Shown here in pieces: positions 45,449 through 53,549 of a stretch of 64,000 nt of DNA. The stretch is from the IMG/VR virus record IMGVR_UViG_3300021295_000001; one strand, 5' to 3'. The notes under the pieces were generated by a model that saw only the letters and a list, made by a program, of their open reading frames with translations, did no database searches and had not been told where the DNA came from. Every line of letters starts with the position of its first letter. Position 1 is the stretch's first letter. The translations under genes were made by a program, and so were the position numbers. The DNA is from a virus (taxonomy: Duplodnaviria > Caudoviricetes).

Positions 45449-45718
45449 CTAGCCTTTTCGATGGCTTTCGTTCTTTTTTATCGTGTAGCCATTCGACACG
45501 AACGTTATCTTCTCGATGCAACGCGCCGTGAGCAACCACACCCTACCGCCGTCCTGCAACAGCAGGTACGGGCTTCTCCCGTAGTGGTAATCGGGGTCGT
45601 TTTTCAGGAGCCAACCCCTCAGGTTCACGCGGTAGCCGTCACCGTCCGACACGACGACGTCCACGTAGTTTCCGACGGCGTATTCGTTGATTGTCCTTTT
45701 ATTATACCTCATGGACAC
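45449..45718 (-). CDS. hypothetical protein
   Basis: GGAGG RBS. Confidence 0.6.
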   Translation of the reverse strand: MSMRYNKRTINEYAVGNYVDVVVSDGDGYRVNLRGWLLKNDPDYHYGRSPYLLLQDGGRVWLLTARCIEKITFVSNGYTIKKNESHRKG

Positions 45719-45724
45719 CCTCCG

Positions 45725-45964
45725 TCAGCAATTAACTTTCTCTTTTTTCTTCACCAGTTTCTTTCCGCAATGCGGGCAATACTTGAAATGAACCTCGGAG
45801 TCCATTTCGTTCTCTTTGTTGAAAATGAAGGGACAGGAAAACGACTTCCCCGTTTTCTCGCAGGAAATCTCCGCTTCAAAAACCTCATCCACACCACATT
45901 CCAATATGTGATGGATGTCCTCCCTTTTGTGTCCGTCTGATAATACGAATTTGACTTTAACCAT
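45725..45964 (-). CDS. small zinc-ribbon protein
   Basis: FKYCPHCGKKL. Confidence 0.65.
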   Translation of the reverse strand: MVKVKFVLSDGHKREDIHHILECGVDEVFEAEISCEKTGKSFSCPFIFNKENEMDSEVHFKYCPHCGKKLVKKKEKVNC

Positions 45965-45979
45965 GTTTTCTTTCCTTTC

Positions 45980-46204
45980 TCATTCCTCGTCCTTCTCGAC
46001 GTCAGCGCCTTCCACGCCTTCTAGTTCGTTTTCATATTCCTTCGCTTTGGAAGGGTCGTAAAAGTGGATATAGCGACCATCCAGTTTGAGTATGACGAAC
46101 CCTCGTTCTATGAGGTATTTTTCAACCTCGTATGGACTCCCATACTCGGAATATGCGATTCCGTCTATCCCATATTCCGCGAAGAACACGTTTATGTCAA
46201 TCAT
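45980..46204 (-). CDS. hypothetical protein
   Basis: coupled ORF with RBS. Confidence 0.6.
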   Translation of the reverse strand: MIDINVFFAEYGIDGIAYSEYGSPYEVEKYLIERGFVILKLDGRYIHFYDPSKAKEYENELEGVEGADVEKDEE

Positions 46205-46473
46205 CTTGCTTCCTCCAGGTTTATCTTTCCGTCTTCGAGGTCCAGCAACGCTTGCTCGTATCCCCTTACCCAAGCGTTCTCAATCGTTGCACGGCGCATT
46301 TTGTCGTTTGCTGAGTGGGATGGGAATCGCCAACCGATGTCATGCAAAAAGCAATCAACCGCTTCCTCGACGCTTCCGCTGTGTTCAAGCCGTACTCTTA
46401 TTCCCTCGATTGCGCTTCTATAGCCCGCTTCGTAATCTCTCTTTATTCGCGCTTCTGTTTTCATTGTCCGCAA
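46201..46473 (-). CDS. hypothetical protein
   Basis: coupled ORF. Confidence 0.6.
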   Translation of the reverse strand: MRTMKTEARIKRDYEAGYRSAIEGIRVRLEHSGSVEEAVDCFLHDIGWRFPSHSANDKMRRATIENAWVRGYEQALLDLEDGKINLEEAR

Positions 46474-46700
46474 GCCCTTCCTTGTTTCTCTTCTTCTTTA
46501 TCTTCTAGGTAAAGATATCCAAAAGTGAAAATTAAGCCGAATACTGGCAAAGTTAATTGCAGATATGTTATCAATCCGTAATCAGGTTTTCCTGCATAAA
46601 GCGTTATCGAAAATATGAATAGCAAAATAATCTCGCCAAGCACGCATCCCGCCAAGAACAAACCGAGGAACAAACCGAGTGTTTTTAGGATAACTTTCAT
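46461..46700 (-). CDS. small two-TM membrane protein
   Basis: two hydrophobic segments. Confidence 0.7.
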   Translation of the reverse strand: MKVILKTLGLFLGLFLAGCVLGEIILLFIFSITLYAGKPDYGLITYLQLTLPVFGLIFTFGYLYLEDKEEEKQGRACGQ

Positions 46701-47074
46701 TCCTCCACCTCCTCGTTCATGATGTTTGTATCCTCGTACCCGAACGTGATGTCGTTGTTCGTTAGAAAATCGTGCACGTTTTCAAAGGCGTTCAGCCTTC
46801 CAGATAGTTCGGAGTCTTTGCACACGAGGCGTAGGAATTCGGCCATGTCGCCCGTTTGCTTGCTTTCGTAGTCGGCCCTCTCGATGCCGAGGTCGTTCCG
46901 TTTTCTCTCTTTTTCGATGCGACGAATCTGACTCCTCGTCGAAAACTCCAGGAAATCCAGTTTCGTGAGCGCGATTTTCAATGTCATAATCACGTCGTCC
47001 CACTTCCCTTTGTCTTTTTCTGGTAGGCTGTCTTGGAAATACATTACGAAGGCGACCGCTTGTTCCAATTTCAT
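46697..47074 (-). CDS. hypothetical protein
   Basis: ATGA coupling. Confidence 0.65.
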   Translation of the reverse strand: MKLEQAVAFVMYFQDSLPEKDKGKWDDVIMTLKIALTKLDFLEFSTRSQIRRIEKERKRNDLGIERADYESKQTGDMAEFLRLVCKDSELSGRLNAFENVHDFLTNNDITFGYEDTNIMNEEVEE

Positions 47075-47337
47075 TGTTCGTCCACCTCAACGTTGCCCGC
47101 TTCCGCCTTCTTGAAGACTCTGTCCAGTTCCGCGTCCAATTCGGCGACGTACCAATGCATGGCGTCGAACGTCGCCTTGACGTCCGTAATCTCGTAGAAA
47201 TGCCTGAGGGACTTCGTCAGCCTCCTGCCTTTGAGCCCTAGTTGCCTCGTGGTGTCGAGGAAGTCGATTGCCTTCAGTGCCTTGGACGCCTTCTCGCGCA
47301 TCCGCATCAGCGCCTTGTATTCTTCCTTAGCGTCCAT
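47071..47337 (-). CDS. hypothetical protein
   Basis: coupled ORF. Confidence 0.65.
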   Translation of the reverse strand: MDAKEEYKALMRMREKASKALKAIDFLDTTRQLGLKGRRLTKSLRHFYEITDVKATFDAMHWYVAELDAELDRVFKKAEAGNVEVDEQ

Positions 47338-47967
47338 TCACTTTGCCTCCAATTCGGACAACCGCCTCTCGACGTCCTCGATTTTCCCGAGCAACTCCTC
47401 CTTGCTCTTGGCGAAGTACTCGCGTGCGATTCGCTTGGCCTCGGCCTCGCCATGGAGTTCCCTCTCAAGACAGTGCCTTTTTTGGCCGAACGACGTCCCC
47501 TCGGTGAGGTGCGCGCATTCGTATTGGTATCCTTTGTAGACACCGCAGTCCTCCACGGAGCGGACCTCCAAGGGGTAGATTTCCCCGTTGCAGACGATGT
47601 AGGCGGTATCGCCGACGGAGTATTCGGGCGACCTAGTGGTCAGCGCCCTCTCCTCCATGTCCTCGATGTCGCTTTCGATTGCCTTCAGTTTGTTGGACGC
47701 GTTCTTCCTGCAGACCCTGAGCGCTCTGAGGTTCTCCTGAATCGCCTCGTCCTCGCTGAGCAGGTCTTCGTCGTCGTAACCGAAGTAGATGTCGTCGTCC
47801 TCGGCGTAGTTCGGGTCCATGCTTCTGACTTCGTACTCGTAATTGCTGTCCCCAAATAAGGAAATGCGGGTTACCCTCTTTGGGACCATCACGCTGTACG
47901 TGACCCCGTCTGTGTCGATGACGTATCCGACGTCCCCGACCTTGAACTTCGCTTTTTTGGTTTCCAT
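47338..47967 (-). CDS. hypothetical protein with two tandem (K/E)(F/Y).VGD..Y domains
   Basis: KFKVGDVGYV and EYSVGDTAYI. Confidence 0.7.
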   Translation of the reverse strand: METKKAKFKVGDVGYVIDTDGVTYSVMVPKRVTRISLFGDSNYEYEVRSMDPNYAEDDDIYFGYDDEDLLSEDEAIQENLRALRVCRKNASNKLKAIESDIEDMEERALTTRSPEYSVGDTAYIVCNGEIYPLEVRSVEDCGVYKGYQYECAHLTEGTSFGQKRHCLERELHGEAEAKRIAREYFAKSKEELLGKIEDVERRLSELEAK

Positions 47968-47981
47968 GTGTTTCCTCCCAA

Positions 47982-48362
47982 TCACAAACGATTTACTTCT
48001 AGGATATTATATTGCGTGGTTATGTCTTTGTCAACGTCCTTGAATCCGTTTTCCGTCAAGGACCATGTGTAGCCCTCTCCGTTGAAATAATAGTAATTGG
48101 TAAAATTACTTTCGCCACTGCAATCGAAATACACATTGTGATTTACGAAGCATTTGTGGTAGAGGTCTATGGTCGGTATGCACTTACGAAATCCCTTATT
48201 GGAATAAATGCCTTCCATTCCGCCTTTTATCACGGTCATGATGTCGGTCCCCAGTTCCTCTTCGGCGTCCTCGATTTCCCCTAGTTTGATGAGGGCCATG
48301 GCGCTATCGCTTAACCCAATTATTATTCCGTTCTCATCCTTAATCGTGTATCTCATCGTCAT
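47982..48362 (-). CDS. hypothetical protein (KLG.IED.EE...G.TWSLT family)
   Basis: shares CIPT.D...HNV.FDC with 43828. Confidence 0.7.
   Translation of the reverse strand: MTMRYTIKDENGIIIGLSDSAMALIKLGEIEDAEEELGTDIMTVIKGGMEGIYSNKGFRKCIPTIDLYHKCFVNHNVYFDCSGESNFTNYYYFNGEGYTWSLTENGFKDVDKDITTQYNILEVNRL
48006..48034 (-). promoter_or_regulatory. consensus sigma70 promoter
   Basis: TTGACA-N17-TATAAT on the minus strand. Confidence 0.8.
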
Positions 48363-48368
48363 ACTCCT

Positions 48369-48683
48369 TTAATATCGGTAATCGCCACCCAACGAAGACA
48401 TCATCATGGCCGACAGCAACCCGATTCTCCTCATCGCGTTCTTCGCCGATTGCCGTGACCTGCTGGCATCCTCTTCCAACTGTTCAAAGGTCTTCCCAAC
48501 GTCCAACACGATGACGGTCAGGCCGACGCTTTCCTCCGTGCTGAGGACCTCCATGTCGGACAGTTCGTCGAATAGGTCCTCAGGCATCCTCTTCGCCTTG
48601 TCGTCGAAGAGTTTTTTGATTTCGTTCTTCTCGAGGATTGTCAAATGCCTGTTCCTCGAAATCGCCAATTCGCGCAATTTCAT
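48369..48683 (-). CDS. hypothetical protein
   Basis: coupled ORF. Confidence 0.6.
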   Translation of the reverse strand: MKLRELAISRNRHLTILEKNEIKKLFDDKAKRMPEDLFDELSDMEVLSTEESVGLTVIVLDVGKTFEQLEEDASRSRQSAKNAMRRIGLLSAMMMSSLGGDYRY

Positions 48684-49201
48684 TCCTTTCCCTCCTTGGT
48701 ATTCGACTTATAAGAAGCAAATGCGCCAACATTGAGTTTTGGCACTTTTGCCCAGTGTTTCTTAAACTTTAACTTTGTGGCTTCGCCATTTCGGTTAGCC
48801 TCGTTCGAGCGGTTGAATTCCCTATCGAAGGCCTTCTCTAAAGACGAGAAGAACTTGAACTTATCTTCTTCGACGAACCAACGCACACCCTCGTCTTCCA
48901 ACCAATATGTTTCCGCGCTCTTTTCTTTCGTGATTACGGCGTATCTACCATGTTTCTTCTTGATGCCCTTTATCGCGAAAGTTCCTTCTTTCGCATATAG
49001 AACATCGTGGGTGAGAACCGAAATTATCGTGCTTAAGCCAATGTTGAGTTTGGTCTCGGCGTCGTCTATGAAGTCTTCCAACTCGCCGAATTCCTCTATA
49101 AGTTCTGATTCGGAATCCGAGCCGAACCTGTCCAAGAAATATTTCGATTTCTTGTGCCATCCGCACTCGGTTATTTCGGTGCATCTATAGGATTTCTTCA
49201 T
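48680..49201 (-). CDS. hypothetical protein (G.LED family)
   Basis: FGELED...LEDEGVRWF. Confidence 0.6.
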   Translation of the reverse strand: MKKSYRCTEITECGWHKKSKYFLDRFGSDSESELIEEFGELEDFIDDAETKLNIGLSTIISVLTHDVLYAKEGTFAIKGIKKKHGRYAVITKEKSAETYWLEDEGVRWFVEEDKFKFFSSLEKAFDREFNRSNEANRNGEATKLKFKKHWAKVPKLNVGAFASYKSNTKEGKE

Positions 49202-49212
49202 ATCTTTCCCCC

Positions 49213-49470
49213 TCAATAGAAGTCCTTCACGAAGCACCCGTAGGTGTCGTATCCTGGGTTTCGTCCAAACCAGTCAAGCGCCTTGTCCAGTTTTTCTTGG
49301 AACTCGTCGTCGAACATCGTGCTGTCGTAACTCCTGCCGTTTTCCAGTTCGACCTCGGTGGACCAACCGCCTATCGTCACCTGCCTGACCTCGTATTCCC
49401 TGCCCACTTCCAGTTCTGGGCATTCCGATTCGTCCCAAGGCTCTATGTTCGTTATCGCTTTCGCCTTCAT
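49213..49470 (-). CDS. hypothetical protein
   Basis: LEVGREYEV..V.IG...T motif. Confidence 0.65.
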   Translation of the reverse strand: MKAKAITNIEPWDESECPELEVGREYEVRQVTIGGWSTEVELENGRSYDSTMFDDEFQEKLDKALDWFGRNPGYDTYGCFVKDFY

Positions 49471-49808
49471 CGTTTCCCGCACACGGACTCCTCTATCCTC
49501 TCGGCCTCGGCCAGCAATGCCTTCTTCTTCTCCACTTCGCGCCTTAGGTCAAGCGCGTGTTTCCGAACGAACATGCGGTAGCCAGCGTCGCGCTCATCCT
49601 CGGTGTACAGCGCCTCCTCGTAACACGCCTCGTCGCGCCCGTCCCGCCTTAGGCCGTACATGACGTCCACGACTTCCCCGCCGTCATCCAAGGCTATGCG
49701 ACGGACGTATACCTCGACGACCTTATAAGACAACATGGCGGGGATTCCAGCCTCCGTCATGCCCATATAGGCGGTGTCGCCCAAATCGAACTTCGTCTTG
49801 ATTTCCAT
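49467..49808 (-). CDS. hypothetical protein (IKTKF.LGD family)
   Basis: MEIKTKFDLGDTAY. Confidence 0.7.
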   Translation of the reverse strand: MEIKTKFDLGDTAYMGMTEAGIPAMLSYKVVEVYVRRIALDDGGEVVDVMYGLRRDGRDEACYEEALYTEDERDAGYRMFVRKHALDLRREVEKKKALLAEAERIEESVCGKR

Positions 49809-49809
49809 G

Positions 49810-50247
49810 TCAGTCCTCCCTTATGCAATCGTACATGAAGTCGTTCCCGCCTTTGGTGGCAACCCATTCCTCGTACGTGTATACGCGAACCTCGTCCGAG
49901 AACGGTTGCACCACGAGCCAGTTGTAACTGTACGGGTTCGCGTGGAACATGGCCGTCATGCCGTTCCTGACGTCGAGGGAGAATTTGCCTCGCATGTATA
50001 TGAGGTCGCACCTGACCGTCCCGAGTTTCTTGATTTCCCCGCTACCAGTCGCGACGTAGTAGACGTCGAAACAACGCCATCCGTAGTTCTTCCTGCTCGA
50101 TGGCTTGGTCAGGACGCACGTCGTGACGAATTCGCCCGCTTCAGGGCCAGGCTTTTCCGTCTCGTAATGGAAATGGTTGTGCGCGTAATCGCCGTCATGC
50201 GCCTCGAGCAACTCCCTTTCGTCATCGTCAATCATTCTGCTTATCAT
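49810..50247 (-). CDS. hypothetical protein
   Basis: RBS; ORF. Confidence 0.6.
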   Translation of the reverse strand: MISRMIDDDERELLEAHDGDYAHNHFHYETEKPGPEAGEFVTTCVLTKPSSRKNYGWRCFDVYYVATGSGEIKKLGTVRCDLIYMRGKFSLDVRNGMTAMFHANPYSYNWLVVQPFSDEVRVYTYEEWVATKGGNDFMYDCIRED

Positions 50248-50267
50248 CGTCTTTCCCCTTTCTCCGT

Positions 50268-50645
50268 TCATAGGAGTTTCCACTCCCCCTTATCGTATTC
50301 GGCGACTGGGGTCAGGCCACCGCCTTCCCATATGACGCCGTAAATAGAATAACCCATGCCGTCGTATGTGTCAAGCACCGATTTGGCGTCCCACGAGTCT
50401 GACGGCAGGTATTTGTGGCGCTCCTCGCCGTCCAGCGTGCCGACCACGGTGAACCCGTCGAACAGGGGAGGAAGGTCGTCGGACTTGGCCTTCACGCGGT
50501 CCGACGGAACCCACATCTTGTTGAAGTCGCAAAGGAACCCAGACCCGTTGCGCACGAGGTATTCGGCTTCCCCCTTCCAGTCGTCCCGCGCGTCCAGCGC
50601 CTCGCGTATGCCTTCGTCCGTCCTGACGTATTTCGGATTCGTCAT
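50268..50645 (-). CDS. hypothetical protein (KY.RT..G...YG.IW...GEW.LL family)
   Basis: paralog of 44715. Confidence 0.7.
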   Translation of the reverse strand: MTNPKYVRTDEGIREALDARDDWKGEAEYLVRNGSGFLCDFNKMWVPSDRVKAKSDDLPPLFDGFTVVGTLDGEERHKYLPSDSWDAKSVLDTYDGMGYSIYGVIWEGGGLTPVAEYDKGEWKLL

Positions 50646-50992
50646 AACTCGTTCCTCCCGTAATACGAATCGCCGTCCTCTGGCTCCGACTCGATTGGCT
50701 CGCACGGGTCGTCGTCCCTAAGTTCGAAAAGGGCCCGCTCCATGGCGCGACGCTCCTTCCTCTGCTCCATGCTCGGCCTGACGTCCGCGCCCGACGTGGC
50801 GTGCCTATGCGCCGTCTCCGCGTCCAGCAAACCGCGAACGAAGCATTCCTCGAACACGCCGTCCACCATCTCCTCGGTCACCCAATGGGGCAGGTAACTC
50901 GCGCGTTCCAAGAACCTCGCTATGTTCATGAGGTACTCATCGGAAACCTCCGATTTCCAGTATTCCCTTTCCTTCGTCTTCCAAAAAACCAT
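50642..50992 (-). CDS. hypothetical protein, first gene of the minus-strand operon
   Basis: W.TKE......SDEYL.NI..FL; promoter upstream. Confidence 0.65.
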   Translation of the reverse strand: MVFWKTKEREYWKSEVSDEYLMNIARFLERASYLPHWVTEEMVDGVFEECFVRGLLDAETAHRHATSGADVRPSMEQRKERRAMERALFELRDDDPCEPIESEPEDGDSYYGRNEL

Positions 50993-51018
50993 GGCAATTA
51001 TCACCCTTCTCCCCAAAC

Positions 51019-51047
51019 ATTGTAACGCGGGATGGCGACCAAGTCAA
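51019..51047 (-). promoter_or_regulatory. sigma70 promoter
   Basis: TTGACT-N17-TACAAT. Confidence 0.75.
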
Positions 51048-51133
51048 GACAAGCGGTAGCCCCCGACGTTATTATACGGTCGGCCCCATACCGCTTTTGC
51101 TAAATTCCTAGAACACAAGGAGATATTTTTGAC

Positions 51134-51307
51134 ATGATTACATCCGTTGACCAAAGCACATACGAATTCAGGGGACTCAGCACCGACACGAAGCCGACCG
51201 AGAACGTCGGGAACGGCTCCCTGTTCTTCGAGATGGACACCTCGAAGTGGTACATGTTCGACGCATCCGCCAACACGTGGATGGAAATCACGTGGAGGGG
51301 AATCTAA
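51134..51307 (+). CDS. small virion-associated protein (57 aa, absent from the ORF track)
   Basis: TGCTAAATT at 51098, AAGGAG RBS; GLSTDTKPT..V.NGSLF.EMDT.K.Y.FD motif. Confidence 0.75.
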   Translation: MITSVDQSTYEFRGLSTDTKPTENVGNGSLFFEMDTSKWYMFDASANTWMEITWRGI

Positions 51308-51347
51308 GGCGCGCGCACCGTTCTCGCGATAGAGTGAGGCACGATAG

Positions 51348-52025
51348 ATGAAACCATCGGAATTGTTCTACAAATGCGCCTTCGAGGTCAAATACGAGAC
51401 CGTGGGCAACGACGTGAACTACGCGTTCATCGAGGATGGTAGCACGTTGTACCTGTTCCTGCAAGGAAGTTCGAGTGACGTCGATTGGCGACGGAATTTC
51501 ACGTTCCCAGCCCGCCCGTACAAGGACATGGGCATCCCGTATCTCGTCCACCGCGGGTTCTTGGAGGCGTGGAAGGAACTCGAGGACGTAGTCATCGCCA
51601 AGGTGACGGAACGCGTCCCGTATGGCGAGTGGAAGTACAAATATGACCACGTCGTCGTCATCGGCTATTCCCACGGTTCCAGTTTGGCATTCTTTGCAAC
51701 AGAGTGCATATGGTATCACAGAGAAGATTTGAGGGACGGAGGGTTTGAGACATACGCCTTTGAATCACCTAGAGTGTTTGCTGGGTTTTGGATTCCAAAA
51801 AAATTAAGGGAGCGTTGGAACAACATGACTGTGTTCGTCAACGGAAGTGACATAGTAACCCATTGTCCGCCTCGGATATTTGGATTTTGTCACGCAGGAC
51901 ACATAGTGCATATAAAAGGAGATGTTTCTTTGGTAGAAGGAAGGCTACCGAAATGCATCAAGTACCATTATCCACAAGTAGTTGAGGATGGCCTTAAAAA
52001 GTACGAAAAAGACAAAGACTGCTAA
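51348..52025 (+). CDS. class 3 lipase (alpha/beta hydrolase)
   Basis: QGS....DW, VHRGF, GYSHG nucleophile elbow, FESPRV, DIVTHCPP and C-terminal His. Confidence 0.85.
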   Translation: MKPSELFYKCAFEVKYETVGNDVNYAFIEDGSTLYLFLQGSSSDVDWRRNFTFPARPYKDMGIPYLVHRGFLEAWKELEDVVIAKVTERVPYGEWKYKYDHVVVIGYSHGSSLAFFATECIWYHREDLRDGGFETYAFESPRVFAGFWIPKKLRERWNNMTVFVNGSDIVTHCPPRIFGFCHAGHIVHIKGDVSLVEGRLPKCIKYHYPQVVEDGLKKYEKDKDC

Positions 52026-52120
52026 ATTGTATAGATTGCTCCTCTGATGGTGACGCGTCTGTTGGAGAAATCCGACACACCTTCAGGGGAGGAATCTTCA
52101 GGGACGAATTAAAGCAAAAA

Positions 52121-53071
52121 TTGTTGGGTCTAGGGTGTTTCGTTGACAACGAATACCTAGACCTTTATTGTTCTTTGATAAACGATAACAGAGCCACAAA
52201 AAGGGAAAAGTTCAAAACGCAAAGCCACCACATAATACCGAAATGCTGTTTTTCTTGCCTAAAGTTGCCGATAGACGATTCATCAGAAAACAAAGTCAAT
52301 CTCCTGTATTCAAAACATATCCTTGCTCACTATTATTTGTGTTTGTGTTCAGATAGCACCAATAAACAATTAAAATACAAGTTGGAGAATTCATTTCTTC
52401 ATCTTGTATCAGGCGATGCCAACAACAAAAAACGCATTGAAAATTATGAGGTGGATGAATTTGAACAATTTCAAGAAATATATGAGGAGTGGAAAAGTCT
52501 AAATAGTTCACTTAAATTGGGGAAATCTTCTTGGAACAAAGGTCTTACAAAATCGACAGATGCTCGTGTTGCAAAATACTCTAAACCTCGTAACTTTTCT
52601 AAAGAGCATAATAAAAATCTAAGTAAAGCAATAAAAGAATACTTCAAAACTCATGTAGCGCCAGCAAAAGGGAGAAAGTTATCGGACGAAGCAAAACGCA
52701 AACTATCTGAAGCGCACAAAGGTAAATATTATATGCCAAAGGACCCAGAGGCGCATTCAAAGAAAATGTCAGAAAATTCAAAGAGATACTGGGAAACTCA
52801 TCCCGAAAGAATTAAAGCCCTCATAGAATACAACAAATCTCGTGTTATATCAGAAGAAACACGACGCAAAATTGCCTTGGGCCAAAAGAGACAAGAAGTT
52901 GTAATGATAGACGATGACGGGAATGTGATACATAATTTTATATCCATCAAAGATGCTGCTAGATATTTCAACATAACGAATTGTGCCGTTTCTTGGAGAA
53001 TAAAGAAAAGAAAGGAAATTGAGCCAGGAAGATACTTAGCATTCAAACAGGATACAGATGTCAGAAAATAA
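52121..53071 (+). mobile_element. free-standing HNH homing endonuclease with NUMOD3/NUMOD1-like repeats (start uncertain)
   Basis: HHIIPKC...N.V.L....H..AH; WNKGLT, KGRKLSDEAKRKLSEAHKG, SEETRRKI, F.SIKDAARYF; AT-rich. Confidence 0.85.
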
Positions 53072-53080
53072 AAACAAAAG

Positions 53081-53377
53081 AAGTTTGAAGGCGGTCTCGA
53101 GGGCTACGGATTCGAGGCACCGAGGGTCTTCTTCGGATGGCACGTCAAAAAGGAACTGAGGGAGCGCTGGGCTTCGTTCAGGGTGTTCCGCAACAAGAAG
53201 GACATCGTTACGCACATGCCCCCGATTCTATTCGGGTTCAGGCACGTGGGAGAGGTCGTTAGGATTGGCCAGGGCCTCCCAGACGACGACTACCATTGGC
53301 CGAAGTGCGTGGGCGCCCATTACCCAGACAAGGTATACGAATCGCTCAAGGCATACGAGGCCGAGGGAAACGAATGA
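53081..53377 (+). pseudogene. displaced C-terminal half of the class 3 lipase
   Basis: GGLEGYGFEAPRVF...LRERW...DIVTHMPP..FGF.H.G...PKC...HYP is collinear with the lipase C-terminus. Confidence 0.85.
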
Positions 53378-53549
53378 TTCGACGGGGCCGAAAGACCCCG
53401 TTTTCGTTTCGCTGTATAATATGATTGCGGCTTAAAGCGCACGGTTTCTATTCGTTTTCAAAATTCGAAAAACGCATCGTGCGTGCGCACATACACGCGA
53501 TGTATTCGTCGTTTGCTAAATTCAGAAGAAACGGTTGGAAGGTTTTTCG

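Noticed and set aside
52026-53080. Group I intron around the HNH gene
   Set aside because: The upstream lipase is complete with its own stop, the downstream piece duplicates it, and there is too little non-coding sequence for an intron core
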